Shown piece after piece: positions 40,301 through 52,587 of a stretch of DNA of 64,000 nt; within the stretch, counting starts at the first letter, position 1, and the number at the start of each line of letters is the position of its first letter. Location: the NCBI GenBank assembly GCA_010405405.1, contig MU004237.1, positions 1,933,345-1,997,344 on the forward strand. The letters run 5' to 3'. The position numbers and the translations under genes were made by a program. The DNA is from Microthyrium microscopicum (lineage: Eukaryota). The notes beneath the pieces were generated by a model, which ran no database searches, was not told the origin of the DNA, and worked only from the letters and a program-made list of their open reading frames with translations.

Positions 40301-41218
40301 AACCTCCTCCGTCCTGATGAAAAGTCGAACTTCTCCCGCGGCATCGTGGGATACCTGGAACATATCATGAATCTCTACGACTCCCTCAAATCCTTCACCT
40401 ACGTTGTCGACTTCGCCCAATCCGCACTCCAATACCAAGAAAGCCACCCTCCCCCATCTAAAAAGACCAAATCATCACAAACGATCCTCCCACCAACTTC
40501 CCAAGCAAACCTCCTCTCGCGCCTCTTCACCGCCGCCGTCGACTCAACACAGTACGACGTAGCCTACTCTATCCTAACCCGCATTACCAACCCCGCGCTC
40601 CGCAAGTCCTCCCTACAACAATTCATCGATGCGCTCATGCGTGCGCGTCAAGCATCCCGTCTCCTCGCCTATCCGTTTGCCACGCTGGCCACGGAGCTTG
40701 ATGCGGAATTGGCGCATAAGGCGAGAACGGCGCTGAATGTTGTTGCGGCTAATAGCCTTGGCTACCATCGCGTCCTATACGCTCGCCGCATCCAGACAGG
40801 TGACTTCCGTGGTGCGGCGCAGTGTCTGTGGGAATACCTAGCACGTCTGAAATCCGCTAGCGAAAGCGTAATGGATCCGCGAGACGAGTCGCTTGTGCAG
40901 GCATATCTCATGGTCATCAATGCGCTAGCTTGTTGCGGAGAGGATGATGGGTGGGTGCTTGATGAGAGTGGTGACACAGCGGGCTCCCCTGGCTTTGGTG
41001 GCATGAATGGTTCAGGAAAGACAGTGCGGTTTGAAAATGCGCGGTCTTCTACGGCTACAGATACTGGACCGACGGTGCCGTCGAGCAAGAAAAGACGGTT
41101 GGTGTTTTTGGAGGATGTAAGGGTGGAGTATCAGGCATTGCTGGATCGGATGGCGGCGTTGGAGGAGGGCAAGTTTGCGTTTGGGGGGAGTGATGGGATG
41201 GAGGTTGATGTTTTGTAG
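37365..41218 (+). CDS. NUP120: Nucleoporin Nup120/Nup160
   Basis: Large protein with YPRSFLWR, VCLNHTLRIFN, WLDFLFYPGRFT..TLETAL, YLKGR and GDFRGAAQCLWE blocks typical of fungal Nup120/160. Introns 38011-38065 and 40223-40268. Confidence 0.85.
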
Positions 41219-42434
41219 ACTTCACTGACAGGGACTTTTGAATGAATACCCTTTGCATTGCTGATGGGGGTTTGATGAGTTGCATGTGCGCATCGGGTGA
41301 TTGTAGAGGTGTGTTGGTAAGATAGAGCCTCAAGCGAATTAGACGTTCGCTAGTATCTAAACAGCGGTTCAAGGTATCGGCGGTTGGTATAGTCAACCTT
41401 GGACTTTACAATATTCGGTTCTAACGAGACAGGATTTAGACACTTGAAGAAATAACTATTCTGTATAAAGGACACGGTACATTGGGTCTGTTATTCACAG
41501 GAGAACATCGAAACTGTATGTTCTTTGTTGATTCAATGTCTTCTGACGAAGGAAATTTCATACTACAAATCGGGATAAAAGTTTATATTCACAAGGTTTG
41601 CTAAGTTTCCAGTACTGTCTACTCAAGTCGAGATGATTTCGTTTGACTACGCTTCCTTTCAATAATCTTCTTGCGATTTGGGCTTCCTCCGAACTAATCT
41701 CAAGCTGCTTACAAATTTTTCTAGCTCAGCTTTTATGTTGGGTGTCAATTTTGTCAATTTTGCCAAAATATCAGTCAGTGAACATTGGCCGCCATAAGGC
41801 TGACGCTAGTGGACGCTAGCGCAAGGAGTGTTTTGCGGCTTAAGATATCAGTTGAAGTATGAACGCTTTTTTGCCTCAGGTGTCCGAAAGTCAGCGAATC
41901 TTTAGAGCCTATGACGTGGTTCATCGTGAAGTTAGATAGTTTTGTGCAAAGTGATTTGTGCGCCCAGTCATAAGGCTGTCTTAATCAAAACCTCACTTGC
42001 AACCAAGACGACAGACTGCAAAACCATTGGATCCTCAAAGCTCACTGAGAGCCCCAGTGACATTGACTTGATCTTAGCGGTATGCACTAGTCTGTTCTAG
42101 TTGATCTATGATCTTAGAGCTTGCAGGAGCTCTCGAGATCTTGCCGTAACGAATGGGCAAGGTGTCAGAATAGTATTAATGTCGACTCCACCAACACTGC
42201 TGTGTTTAGCTTTTGCGAATGAGCTTCTAGAAATTGAAAGAACGATCTTGAATGTTGAATTATCTGAGTTTTCAGCCCGCGTAATGCAGGCACCCGCGCT
42301 AGGCAATATCGTAGGTCTACTTGGCTACAAGTGGTATATAAAGCTGCCTTGTCCATCCCTCAAACCCACAAAGCATCCGAAAACCCTTCACTACTCTCAC
42401 TAGAGTACAACTCATCAACTCACATTCGTTCAGT

Positions 42435-43370
42435 ATGTCTCTACAACGAACAACATTTTCTCAACCAACCCACGGCCAAGGCCAATCACTATTCTTCAAA
42501 CTCCCGCCACTCATCCGGGAGATGGTCTACGAAAACCTCTTTCCCGTTGCCGCCCAAGTGAACGTCTTCAGCGAAGCAAAAACCGAAGACCGCGTTGGAA
42601 CAGGAGTTACTCAAGTCTTCTTTGATGAAGACTCTCAGCCTGTCCTTATCCAAGGTTTTCCCACCCTGGAGAAAGTTGGAAGCTTGAGATGTCAGCGAAT
42701 GTACGTTTCACCAAGAACTCGCAACTTTTGCGCCAACACTGACATGTCACATAGCTATTTTGAAGCCATCTGGTTCATCTTCAACAAGAACACCTGGGCT
42801 TTCAATTCCACTGCCAACTTCTCGGGGTTCCTCTCCGATCTCCGACCAGGCCTCCTACGATCCATAAGCACAATTTCCCTGGATATCCTGCCATGTCACT
42901 TCGAGGAACTAGCATACCGCCAAACCCGAAACGTCAATCAACAATTTGCGCAAGAATACGAACAACATAAACCTCGTTTCGCAATATTCGATCTGAACCG
43001 GGAATTTCCCGACGCTTATGGAATGATTCTCGCACGGCGATTCCGCGTCCGCCTGCCAAATCTTCAAGTCGTGAAGAACGTATACCTCCGAGAACGCCGC
43101 GAATATGTCTCGTGGGACCCACGCAAAATCAGCGTGTACAAAACTGAGCTGCATGAAGCCGAGCACTTGAAAGAGCTGGAAGATGGAGAGGACTGGACGT
43201 CCCTTGACTATGCGTGGGCAGGTGTTGAAAGCGTAACCGAGACGGCCTCTTTGCTCCATGACGAGCCAGATCCTGCCATCGATCCGGTTTGGACTGTCGT
43301 GAGAATTTTCAACCTGCCTCCTCCTCCTCCTCCACGACAGCAAGCACCTCCCGTTCAGCGAGCAGCTTGA
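42435..43370 (+). CDS. Hypothetical protein with F-box-like N-terminal motif (DUF7730/2EXR-like)
   Basis: QSLFFKLPPLIREMVYENLF and LRCQRxYFEAIWFIFNKNTWAF; probable in-frame intron ~42701-42754; TATA-like TATATAAA at ~42335. Confidence 0.7.
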   Translation: MSLQRTTFSQPTHGQGQSLFFKLPPLIREMVYENLFPVAAQVNVFSEAKTEDRVGTGVTQVFFDEDSQPVLIQGFPTLEKVGSLRCQRMYVSPRTRNFCANTDMSHSYFEAIWFIFNKNTWAFNSTANFSGFLSDLRPGLLRSISTISLDILPCHFEELAYRQTRNVNQQFAQEYEQHKPRFAIFDLNREFPDAYGMILARRFRVRLPNLQVVKNVYLRERREYVSWDPRKISVYKTELHEAEHLKELEDGEDWTSLDYAWAGVESVTETASLLHDEPDPAIDPVWTVVRIFNLPPPPPPRQQAPPVQRAA

Positions 43371-43694
43371 ACGCTCAATCCTGGAACGCTTTTCTTTTGG
43401 TTCGATGTATTATATACTGACCTGACGAACGCAATATTCTTTCACACCAGCACCGCATTTTTTTTTTTTGGATCGTTGTTTTTCTTATCGAGCGGCATAG
43501 GAGTGCGAGGCTAAATAGGGCCTTGAAAAGTTTGGTTGTTTAGCGCTGGGTAATCAAAAAATCATAATAGAATTGATCAAAACTGTGTTTTCCATATCTT
43601 TACTGCTTCATGATCTGCGCCCAAAGCCTTCTTCAAAAATCCCTCGCCTGATATACATCACGAGTGCTGTTATGTGTTGATACCATGACCTCGA

Positions 43695-46485
43695 CTATAT
43701 GATAGCGGTCACCTCACGCTCAAAATCTCTCATGAAACTCAAGTTCCAGGCCGATCCCATACCAACACGATTGAAAGTATTCTCAAGCACTTGATCCTTC
43801 ACCAACAACAATCCCCAATGCTGAGGGAACGGTTTCGTCCAGTAATCTGCCTGCGCTAAAAGAAGGAAGAAGACATCTTCTTGTTCGCTCAACGCATCTC
43901 GATCGTCGTCAAACTCAATCCAGCCATATGGCTCCTCGTCCTTAAGCCCAATTGAAAATCCCTGAATAAGAGGCTGACGGTATGCTCGTGTTGCCTTTTC
44001 TCCTATGAGATCGTTGACCGAATTTCTCTCCATTACAGATGAGATAAGATTGCCAATATTCACCCGCTTCGCCTCAATGCTTAGCAGACCGGAGGTTCTA
44101 TCAACCCCAAGAACTTTGCAATCGTTGCCAAAGCTATCATCAGGGCGGCCATAATCAAAATCTCGAAATCGTAGCCATACCGCCCCACCAGCAGATGCCC
44201 ATGACCAGGAAGGACATGATTTGCTCTTCTCCCCATGGCGGTAAGAAGCCCAGAGAATGTATTCTGGAATATCGACAAGGAACGTGCCAAAATAGTACGT
44301 CTCTAGGCTGGAAGAGTTGTTGCTTGCCTTTGACACCTCTCTCGCCAGTCCTTGTAGTGATACGAGGCGGTCTTTTTCGTATGTGAAGAGACGACCCGAA
44401 TGCTCAAAGATGATTCTGCCCCATTCAGTAGCCCAGTCACCCTCACTGAGTCCCCTTCCAATAATCATTTGACCAGTCTCATCTTCTGATCTTCCCTTAC
44501 AGACCCAGACCATGCCTTCTTCCAGGAAATGTACGATGCGTCTGGAGAGTATTAGTTCTTGCGTACACCAGCCTCGTTGAGCAAGGGGAGTTAGCATGGG
44601 ATCCATGTGTGTCATGAATGGTTCTTGTCGCCAGTCAAGTCCTATAGAAAACGTCCCTAGTGTATCAAAGTCGTTGGTGTCTGCTGTTTGCACCCTAAAG
44701 GGAACCTCAATCGAAGGGAATTTGATCTTGGCGTATGGTCTTTCAACGAAAAGGCCATGTGTCGAGTCCTTTGCTGCGGAAGCGGCAAGAGTGACGATAG
44801 CATGTTCGTATATCGTACCCATCATTTCTGATTCTTTTAACCAATCGACCTCGTCATCTTGTACAATGCAAATGGAATCTATCCACAGGAAGCGAACTCC
44901 AAGGGCTCTGGTGGCTATTACGGCATCTTGAAATGTCTTCGGCAAACTTGACATTGGTATACCCTTCGAATGATCGGCAAGTGTTTGACGAGTGGTTCGA
45001 AGCGGATGCTTGTCTTTATCTCCCCAGCAGTGACTAAGCGCTACCCAATGTCCTTGTGATTCAGAGGCAGTCTGTACCAGACGTGGATTGTCTTCACTAC
45101 CAGCCGGTCCTACGTCGATGACACGGCTTGGTAATTGATTAAGCTCATCTTCGGCAATAGCTTGATGTGAAATAGTGTCTCTGCAATGTTCATGACCGTA
45201 CCTGCAGCTTTCAAACCACCGTTTGAGTTGATTTAGCGCTTCTGGGGAACCCGAGTTGCTAAGAGGCTGGCGCGTTGAGATATAAGGCAGTAACGGTGAA
45301 TCTAATTTTCGTCAAGACCTGTAAAATCGATCAGCGTTTCGACTTACTACTAGCAGAGGTAAACACATTCAATTTGGTGAAAACCACCTTTCGATCTTTA
45401 CTACCCTCATTTGTCATACTGGCTGGCTTTTGCCATATGACGCGAATGTTACCAAGGACAAAGGGATGCTCCTTTCCATTATCTTGTTTGTCGTTTCTCT
45501 CAATCATGAGGTAAATAGCATCTTGGCTACTACGAATCCCGTCTAGAATTCTGCTGAATGTATCGGTTCCACCTCCCAATCTAATAGCCATGATCACGGC
45601 GCTCAGCTCTTCGGTAGGCCGATCGATGGGATAGTCGTATTTCCGAAAGGAGTCCAGGATGATGGCTATTCTCAGTAGCTCACATAATGGACAATCTTTG
45701 GCGCTTTCCGGGAGGTTGCTGGCATTTATATGGTGCTGGATGACGTTGGGAGGAAGCGTATCCCCCGGCTTGACATTTTCTGGAGGGAGCAAACGAGTGC
45801 CGTCGGTGAACGCAGCTCCTCTATTACCATCCCATTCTATATCTCGTTCGGGCCAGAAATTATCCAGACCTTTTCCACCACTGCACACAAATGCTGAAAT
45901 TGCTTCTAAAGCTGATAGACAAACATCGCATAGTTCTGTTCGAGATGTGAGCGCAGAACACAACGCATCAATTTGCCCACTCAATGTCAAGGATGCAGTG
46001 ATTCTCTGATCAAGTTCTCTCTCGTCCTGTATGGCGAAGGTGGCAGCCAGTGCCTTGATCTCTTGCGGCGGATCGGTGAGTTGCTCTGCTTGTCTCCGCA
46101 AGTCATCTACAAAGCCCGTCACTCCTTTGTGGGCTAAGATTGCTTTGGTCGATGGATCAGTATCTGCGCGCAGTATGTCCATGAGGCCATTTATGTACTT
46201 TTTGAAAGTTGACTCAAGCGAAGTTGCGACACCACATGTGCGATCACGCTCTGTTAGAGGTGGAACGTCAAGCCCAAGAGCAACCCACATCGCTCTGAGA
46301 TCTTGCCACTTTGCGTGCTTGGTTGCTTCAGCTCCCCGCTGGATCTCCTCGGACCCAGTTGGTTGCCCGTCATTGAGCATTATATCTTCTTGCGCATCGT
46401 TGGTGCTGTCCCTCCACGCCGCATCTGTGGCCATTTCGAACTCGATACCGTCATCATTCATATGGTGCGTGCTAGCAGCTTCCAT
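43695..46485 (-). CDS. HET-domain (heterokaryon incompatibility, TOL-like) protein
   Basis: LPSRVIDVG, WVALSHCWG, LPKTFQDAV..TRALGVRFLWIDSICIVQDD, MGTIYEHA, RGWCTQE, PSWSWAS, RVG. Intron 45347-45302 links the two long ORFs. Confidence 0.9.
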
Positions 46486-47666
46486 GTTGCCCAGTCAGGT
46501 ATCAATTGAACATACTGGACAAAAAGCTAACGCTGTGCTATCAGGTAATTATAGTCGTTGAATATTTGACGTGTCTCGCTAATGGATTCAGCAAATATCG
46601 CAGAACCAAAGCGCTCGCTGACCAAGAGTGGCACTTGGTACGGTATGTACCTTCGCAAAGGAAAGCGATTCAAAAGAAGCTGGAAGTTGTATGATGAGGG
46701 AGTGAGGTGAAGTCAGACGCTCGATGATAGGCTACTCGACCAAGTATTCCTTTTGCTGCGCCTTACACAAGCTGCATGGGGCAGATTTTGTCTGAATGAC
46801 TCTTTCACAGATTTGCACGTATCCTCAAAATCAGAAAATCGCAACAGAATCAATAGCATATCTGACAGGTGGAATTGTTCACCGCAGTCATCTGGCCAAT
46901 ATTTCAGTGCCTAGCGGACGACAAAATAATGGCTCGCTCTTTCAGTCAATATATCTTTCATCACATTATTTCAAGAGATTTAATTCCCAGTGTATTGGAT
47001 TGCGAGTCTAGTATTTTACGTGGACAATGGAAGACTTTGCATCTACCAATAAAGCGTAGTAGATTTCTGGCAGACATCATGCTTGCTGAAGCGTGTCTTT
47101 ATATTGTCGCCCAGTCAATTGTCATCTTATATGCTCAGACTCGTTCTCGAACCTAGCTTGTGAAGCTCTCTATTGCCTAGTAGCACAATTTATGGTCGTA
47201 CACGCACTACGGACTTATGGAAGAGTTACGCAAACATGTTCGATAGCATGGGTACGATAGTAAAATCCTGACGACAAGCGTATAACTTCTGGATTCTGCC
47301 AGCATAGCCGAGTTGATACTACAACATCATGACACTGCGGAAAAAATCACGAACGAGCGGCCAAAACAGACGGCGAAGTGAAAGACAAGATGTCAACTAC
47401 CACTAGAATGTTGTGAAACTGTCATATTCTTTTCTATGTAATCTAAACTTTTGATCCTCGTATCTTCCACCGATTCCAGATCTTTCAAATGCCCATGTGC
47501 CCAGGCTTGTTTGCCCCTAGTGTTACCATCCGTGTATTCTAAATCACCCAAAAACTGAAGTAATATGACTGTATAATAATTACAAATTCATACAGGAACG
47601 GTAACGGTATACCGACCAAAAAGCAGAACTCCGCGCGAATAACGTCAGATCGTTGGGTTTGAAAGT

Positions 47667-48995
47667 TCATCGTACTGCCTGCTTCTTCTTCGTCTCAAGA
47701 AAACGCATCAGATCGTCACAACAATCCTGCAGCGACTTTTCCGTCTGCCAGTGTAGCTGCGTGGCCGCCTTCACGGGCTCCGCCACACACATCTTCACAT
47801 CACCCTCCCGACGACCCGTTGGATTGGTAGGAATAGGCTTGCCGGACGTGGTCTCCATAGCGGTCACAATCTCCTTGACGGTCTGTCCGCGGCCGGTACC
47901 CAAGTTGAAGGTATGGAAGCCTTTGATCGGACTGGCACCTACGACTGCGGCGAGGGCAGCAAGGTGGCCACGCGCTAGATCTGTGACGTGGATGAAGTCG
48001 CGGATTGCTGTGCCGTCGCGTGTCTCCCAGTCGGTACCGAAGACGGTAAGAGCCGGGATCTCGCCGGTCATGACTTTGATGACAACTGGCATAAGGTTCT
48101 GCGGTGGTGTGCGTGGGTCTTCGCCGATGATCGCTGAGGGATCGCAACCGATGGGATTGAAGTAGCGTAGCGCCATGATGGACCACGAGGGATCTGAGAT
48201 GGCGAGGTCGTTGAGGATAGCTTCACACATCCATTTCGAGCGGCCATAGGGGTTGGTGATGGCTGTACATCCGCCGTGGGTGGTATGCGCGTTGCCGTTG
48301 ACGTCGGTCCAGTCTGTAGTCTTGTGGGTGCAGTAATCTTCTGGAATGCGGCCGGTTGGTGGTGTGACTTCGCCGTAAACGGCGGCGGACGAGGAGAAGA
48401 TGAAGTTCTTAATTTCATATTCGCCCATGAGCGTGCAGAAATCGATCATTCCAGCAACATTGTTGGAGTAGTATCTGAGAGGTTGCTGAATGCTTTCTGG
48501 CACGGCTTTGTATGCGGCAAAGTGAATGAGACCAACAATGTCTGTCTGTCCGGTGGCCGTAGGCTGAGGGTTCTTAATGTCCTGTTCTGTGGTCTTGTGA
48601 CGGTTGAGGATGAATCGGACAATGGCCTCGTTGCGGTAATCGCACTCATAGAACTCAATAGATGGTTGGCAAGCCTTGCCCTTGTAATGTTCGGACTTGA
48701 GGCGCTCAAGACGCTCTAGAGCAGTCTTGTATGAATTACTGAGGTTGTCGAGGATTATGACGCTGTATCCTTCCTTCAACAGCTCCCATGAAGTATGACT
48801 GCCAATGTATCCTAGACCACCGACCACCAGCACATATTGGTGATGTCTAATGACGTCGGAAAATGATAGAGGATCGGCATCTTGAAGAGAGATTGACTTG
48901 TCAGATGTTGGTGTCGCTGCGTTCGATTGCGCGGTTGAGGACAATGCGCTTCTGTCCACAGGGCTTGTGGGACGAGAGATTTGGAGGTCTGACAT
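47667..48995 (-). CDS. UDP-glucose/UDP-GlcNAc 4-epimerase, Uge3-like (N-terminally extended)
   Basis: GGLGYIGSHT, HFAAYKAV.ES, FSSSAAVYG, NPYGRSK, LRYFNPIG, DGTAIRDFIHV. First ATG (MSDLQ) at 48995; adjacency to spherulin-4 genes favours Uge3 type over Gal10. Confidence 0.9.
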   Translation of the reverse strand: MSDLQISRPTSPVDRSALSSTAQSNAATPTSDKSISLQDADPLSFSDVIRHHQYVLVVGGLGYIGSHTSWELLKEGYSVIILDNLSNSYKTALERLERLKSEHYKGKACQPSIEFYECDYRNEAIVRFILNRHKTTEQDIKNPQPTATGQTDIVGLIHFAAYKAVPESIQQPLRYYSNNVAGMIDFCTLMGEYEIKNFIFSSSAAVYGEVTPPTGRIPEDYCTHKTTDWTDVNGNAHTTHGGCTAITNPYGRSKWMCEAILNDLAISDPSWSIMALRYFNPIGCDPSAIIGEDPRTPPQNLMPVVIKVMTGEIPALTVFGTDWETRDGTAIRDFIHVTDLARGHLAALAAVVGASPIKGFHTFNLGTGRGQTVKEIVTAMETTSGKPIPTNPTGRREGDVKMCVAEPVKAATQLHWQTEKSLQDCCDDLMRFLETKKKQAVR

Positions 48996-51085
48996 TATTG
49001 ATAATGAGTCTTTCAAACCGCAAACCTGAAGGTGGGGTTGCAAATAGCGAATATATCGATATCCCTCGGTAACGACGCGAAGGTGGCGATGCAAGTAGAG
49101 CGAATGTTCGATAAGATATGAGAAAGAGCTTAATGCAGATGAGATGTTATTAAAGGTTCATGAAAATGGATACTATCAACCCTACAGATATCTCATGAGA
49201 TGGTTCGCGTGTCCCTTACATCTAGAATTACCGTCAGACAAGCATTTGCACGTATCGGTGGCGTGCTGGGTTAAAGGATTACCATCCGGGAATGCTTGTT
49301 GCATCGAGTCGCGACTGAGCAGCCAAAACTCGCGTGTGGGTCTTTTGAAAGTCTGTGCCTTACGTCCCTTTCAAAGGATCAAGCACAGGAACCTGGGCGC
49401 GAACGATGAGTCGAGGTTCCGCGCGGTAGCATGCCATTATTTACAGTTGCAAGCGGATGCAGCTTTTCGCTCACGGATTGTTCGGCAAGAACTGGTCAAC
49501 CAGCCATGCTGGGTCTGTGTGATAGAAAACGCCATGGATGAGCTAGAACACTCCAGATTGGCTGTCAATCTCTCCATGGCGGACAGCTAGTGAAAAGGCA
49601 ATTGCCGGTACAGCTAAATAAATTATAATTCCCCTGTAGCCATGAGTTGTGGATGAATTACAAGGCTGAGAGGAGTTGGGGGTTGACGAGTGTCCAAGTT
49701 GAAAAGGAGAAGCGACGCGATGTTTTGATACGGTTAGCCGGCTTTTTGATAGGGGCTCACCAAGCGCCTGGTTCACACACGCCCTGGATTCCCCCTTTTC
49801 TAACCAAATCGGCTACCAACTCACTCGTGGCTTGAGCCTCGAGGTCAGGTACCCGCAGAGGCTCCACACTAGCGATTCTTGGGTCCACACGTGGGATGGT
49901 TTTGATCCAATTCCAGGTGCAAATTGCGAGGAAATAATAATGGGCACCTTTGAAGGACTCAACTCTCAACTTTCAAGAGTCGGGAAGAACGCTGGCTTAG
50001 AGACAGGCCTTCCTAGAGATAGTTCAAGAATATCTTCAACGAACGCTTGGAATTATCTAATCTTCCATTCTGCTTGTTGTAGTTTCGATTTATGCTTAAA
50101 TGGTCTCATATGTTGCCTCATCTGTGCATGCCCAGCGCCAATGTTGTATGCTCCCAAGACTAGTATAATCTAGGCCAGATCTGGATTGAATTGACACTAT
50201 GGAGTTATGGCATTTTCACCAAGATCACGGAATTCGGTTGTCCGTCTTGAGGGAGCACAGCATTTAAAGATCGTTGGAAGCTGAGTTGTGCAAGAGCCGC
50301 GCTTAGGATTTGGTATCCGTATGCTCAAATATCTCGTGTTTTCTGTCGACTCAACGCTGCATCCATCTTTCCAATCGCAATAGGTTTTGTACTTTGATAG
50401 CTCTTCGCTTCGGAGCAATCGGCCAGAACCATACCATTCACAGCGAGTGTGCCATCGTGTCACCATTACCTGTACGGCAGATTTTGAAGTCTTCAAAGTT
50501 CAGGGTGACTCTGCAGCGAATCTTACGAGTGAACCAACCAGCAACAAGAAGACATCTTTCAGATTGTCCTATCTTGAACCAGGCTTCATAACACCAGCTT
50601 ATTATGCTTATATCATAAAAAACTGCGGGGTAGAAAGGCCTATCAGGGCAGTTTCTATCAATGTGATGGGCTCTTTGTTCCTTTTAAGTGAGTTATGTCT
50701 GCGAGCCTGGCCAATATCTTCGTCCAGCCCTCGGCCTTTTTGGTGAAAGCAGCCTTGCTTAGCGAACATTTTAAACGGAACGGCAGCCTTTTCTAAACTT
50801 GGCGTTACTCTAAGCCTAAATCTATTACTTTTTGCTGCATAAAGCGCGGAGATGTGGCACATTTAACCAAGTGCATGATCCCAAAGAAGTTGATACAACT
50901 AAAGGGGTGCAGCCAGATTGGTTTGAAATTGATCGTCCCTTTGTTTCTCTCCAAGCTTCAACATCACAAACAGTTCACTCGCTCTGTTTGACTGTTCCGT
51001 TCGTTTCGCAATAACCCTGATCCCCGCCATGTTCTTTTGTTAAATACTCTCGTGGGGCTCCCTTGAATTTTTTGACCTTCTCGAC

Positions 51086-52166
51086 ATGGAGGCCGCAGAT
51101 CGCATAGCCATCCGCATGAGACGGCGGAAGAAGGCCAAACTCACTGCAATTATTGGATGCGCCATCCTAGTTGTCCTTCTCGCGATCATTATTCCTGTCG
51201 CTGTATATTTTCACAACAAAAGACCTGATGGCAATGGCCTACCATCAAGTCTCCTCTTCCCCCTTTACATCTATCCCACTGCAGGCGCCTGGGATCCATT
51301 ATTTACTGCGTATGTTGTCCTTCGGCTGATCGCGGCAAGCTTCTTGCTCTGATTTTATGGAAAGCTAACATGCGCGCAGAATCACAGCCAACAAGAACCT
51401 CAACTTTACCGTAGTCGTTAATCCACAAAGTGGCCCTGGAAACACTTCCTACCCTGGCGACGCGTACGCAGATGGAGTTATCAAGCTCAACTCCTTCCCG
51501 AACGTACAAACCATCGGCTATGTCCGCACATCGTGGGCCGCGCGCAATATCACTGAGGTCCTTGGCGACATTTCTACATACAATGGATGGGCACAGGTGA
51601 ATGGAGCGACCAAGGCTGGAATGGCAGTGGATGGCATATTTTTCGACGAATCTCCAAGCCAGTATACCCAAGATGGTGCAGATTTCGTGAAGACTGTGAA
51701 TGCCGCAGTCAAAAGCGCGTCCGGCTTTGGGGGCAACAAAACCGTAAGTAGGCTCTATTTTTTACGCCCGACGAATCTACCGAGTTGCTCTGTATTCGCG
51801 TGGATTGCGGCTCAAACTTTTGGTTACGCTGGCTAACATGGTGCTATGCAGATCATACATAACCCGGGTACTACGATTGACACCCGCCTGGCTCAAGCCA
51901 ACACCGATATTACCATTGTCTTTGAAGGCAACTACACCGACTTTCTACATCTGGAGCCATCGCTAGCTGCTCTACCTGTCGATAGGACGCGCAACAGCTA
52001 TGTCATCCACACCGCGCCGCAATTGAGCGTGAAAGATCTGGCCGCATTTCTCGGCAAAGCGAGTCAACATGCCTCACATCTATTTGCGACTTCACTTGAC
52101 GGGAGCCACCCATATGAGAGCTTTGGGCCAGATTGGCTGGACTTGTTGAAGGCAATACCACTATGA
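51086..52166 (+). CDS. Spherulin-4-like glycoside hydrolase (GH135, Sph3-like) with N-terminal membrane anchor
   Basis: RRRKK then a hydrophobic helix; PLYIYP, VVNPQSGPG, IGYVRT, DGIFFDE, IIHNPGT, VFEG. Introns 51310-51379 and 51744-51851. Confidence 0.9.
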
Positions 52167-52587
52167 GACTGATAGCCCCGCAATTTGGGGATTTGGACAC
52201 AAAGGACTGGGTGGGATCCGAAGTGGGTCTGTCGGGAATTTCTCGCTTATATCGCATCTTTTCCATAATTAAATGTACTATTTTCTTACCACTTGTGTGC
52301 GTCTGCACAGATCACGAATCGAATATTCTTGGGTCACTATGATGGACGATCTTGGAAAAGGCTTACACTATGTCTCAGGGCAAACATAGGGTTCTGATTG
52401 GAGTTGATTTTTTCCTTACTGGTACATAAACCACTTGTCCCGTTGTCACACTTTACATATACCCCTCACAAACCTTTATCGAAAGATTTGAAGAACTTAA
52501 CAACTCAAAGAGGCTCAACGTTGACTGCAGTCCTCAAAGACTTTACCAGAGCTGTCAGCAACGGACATCTTACAAACCAGTCATACA

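Noticed and set aside
48996..49094. Extended N-terminus of the epimerase ORF in the track
   Set aside because: Begins at a non-ATG codon; the first ATG is at 48995.
49100..51000. Short ORFs between the epimerase and first spherulin gene
   Set aside because: No motifs; consistent with a long divergent promoter/UTR region.
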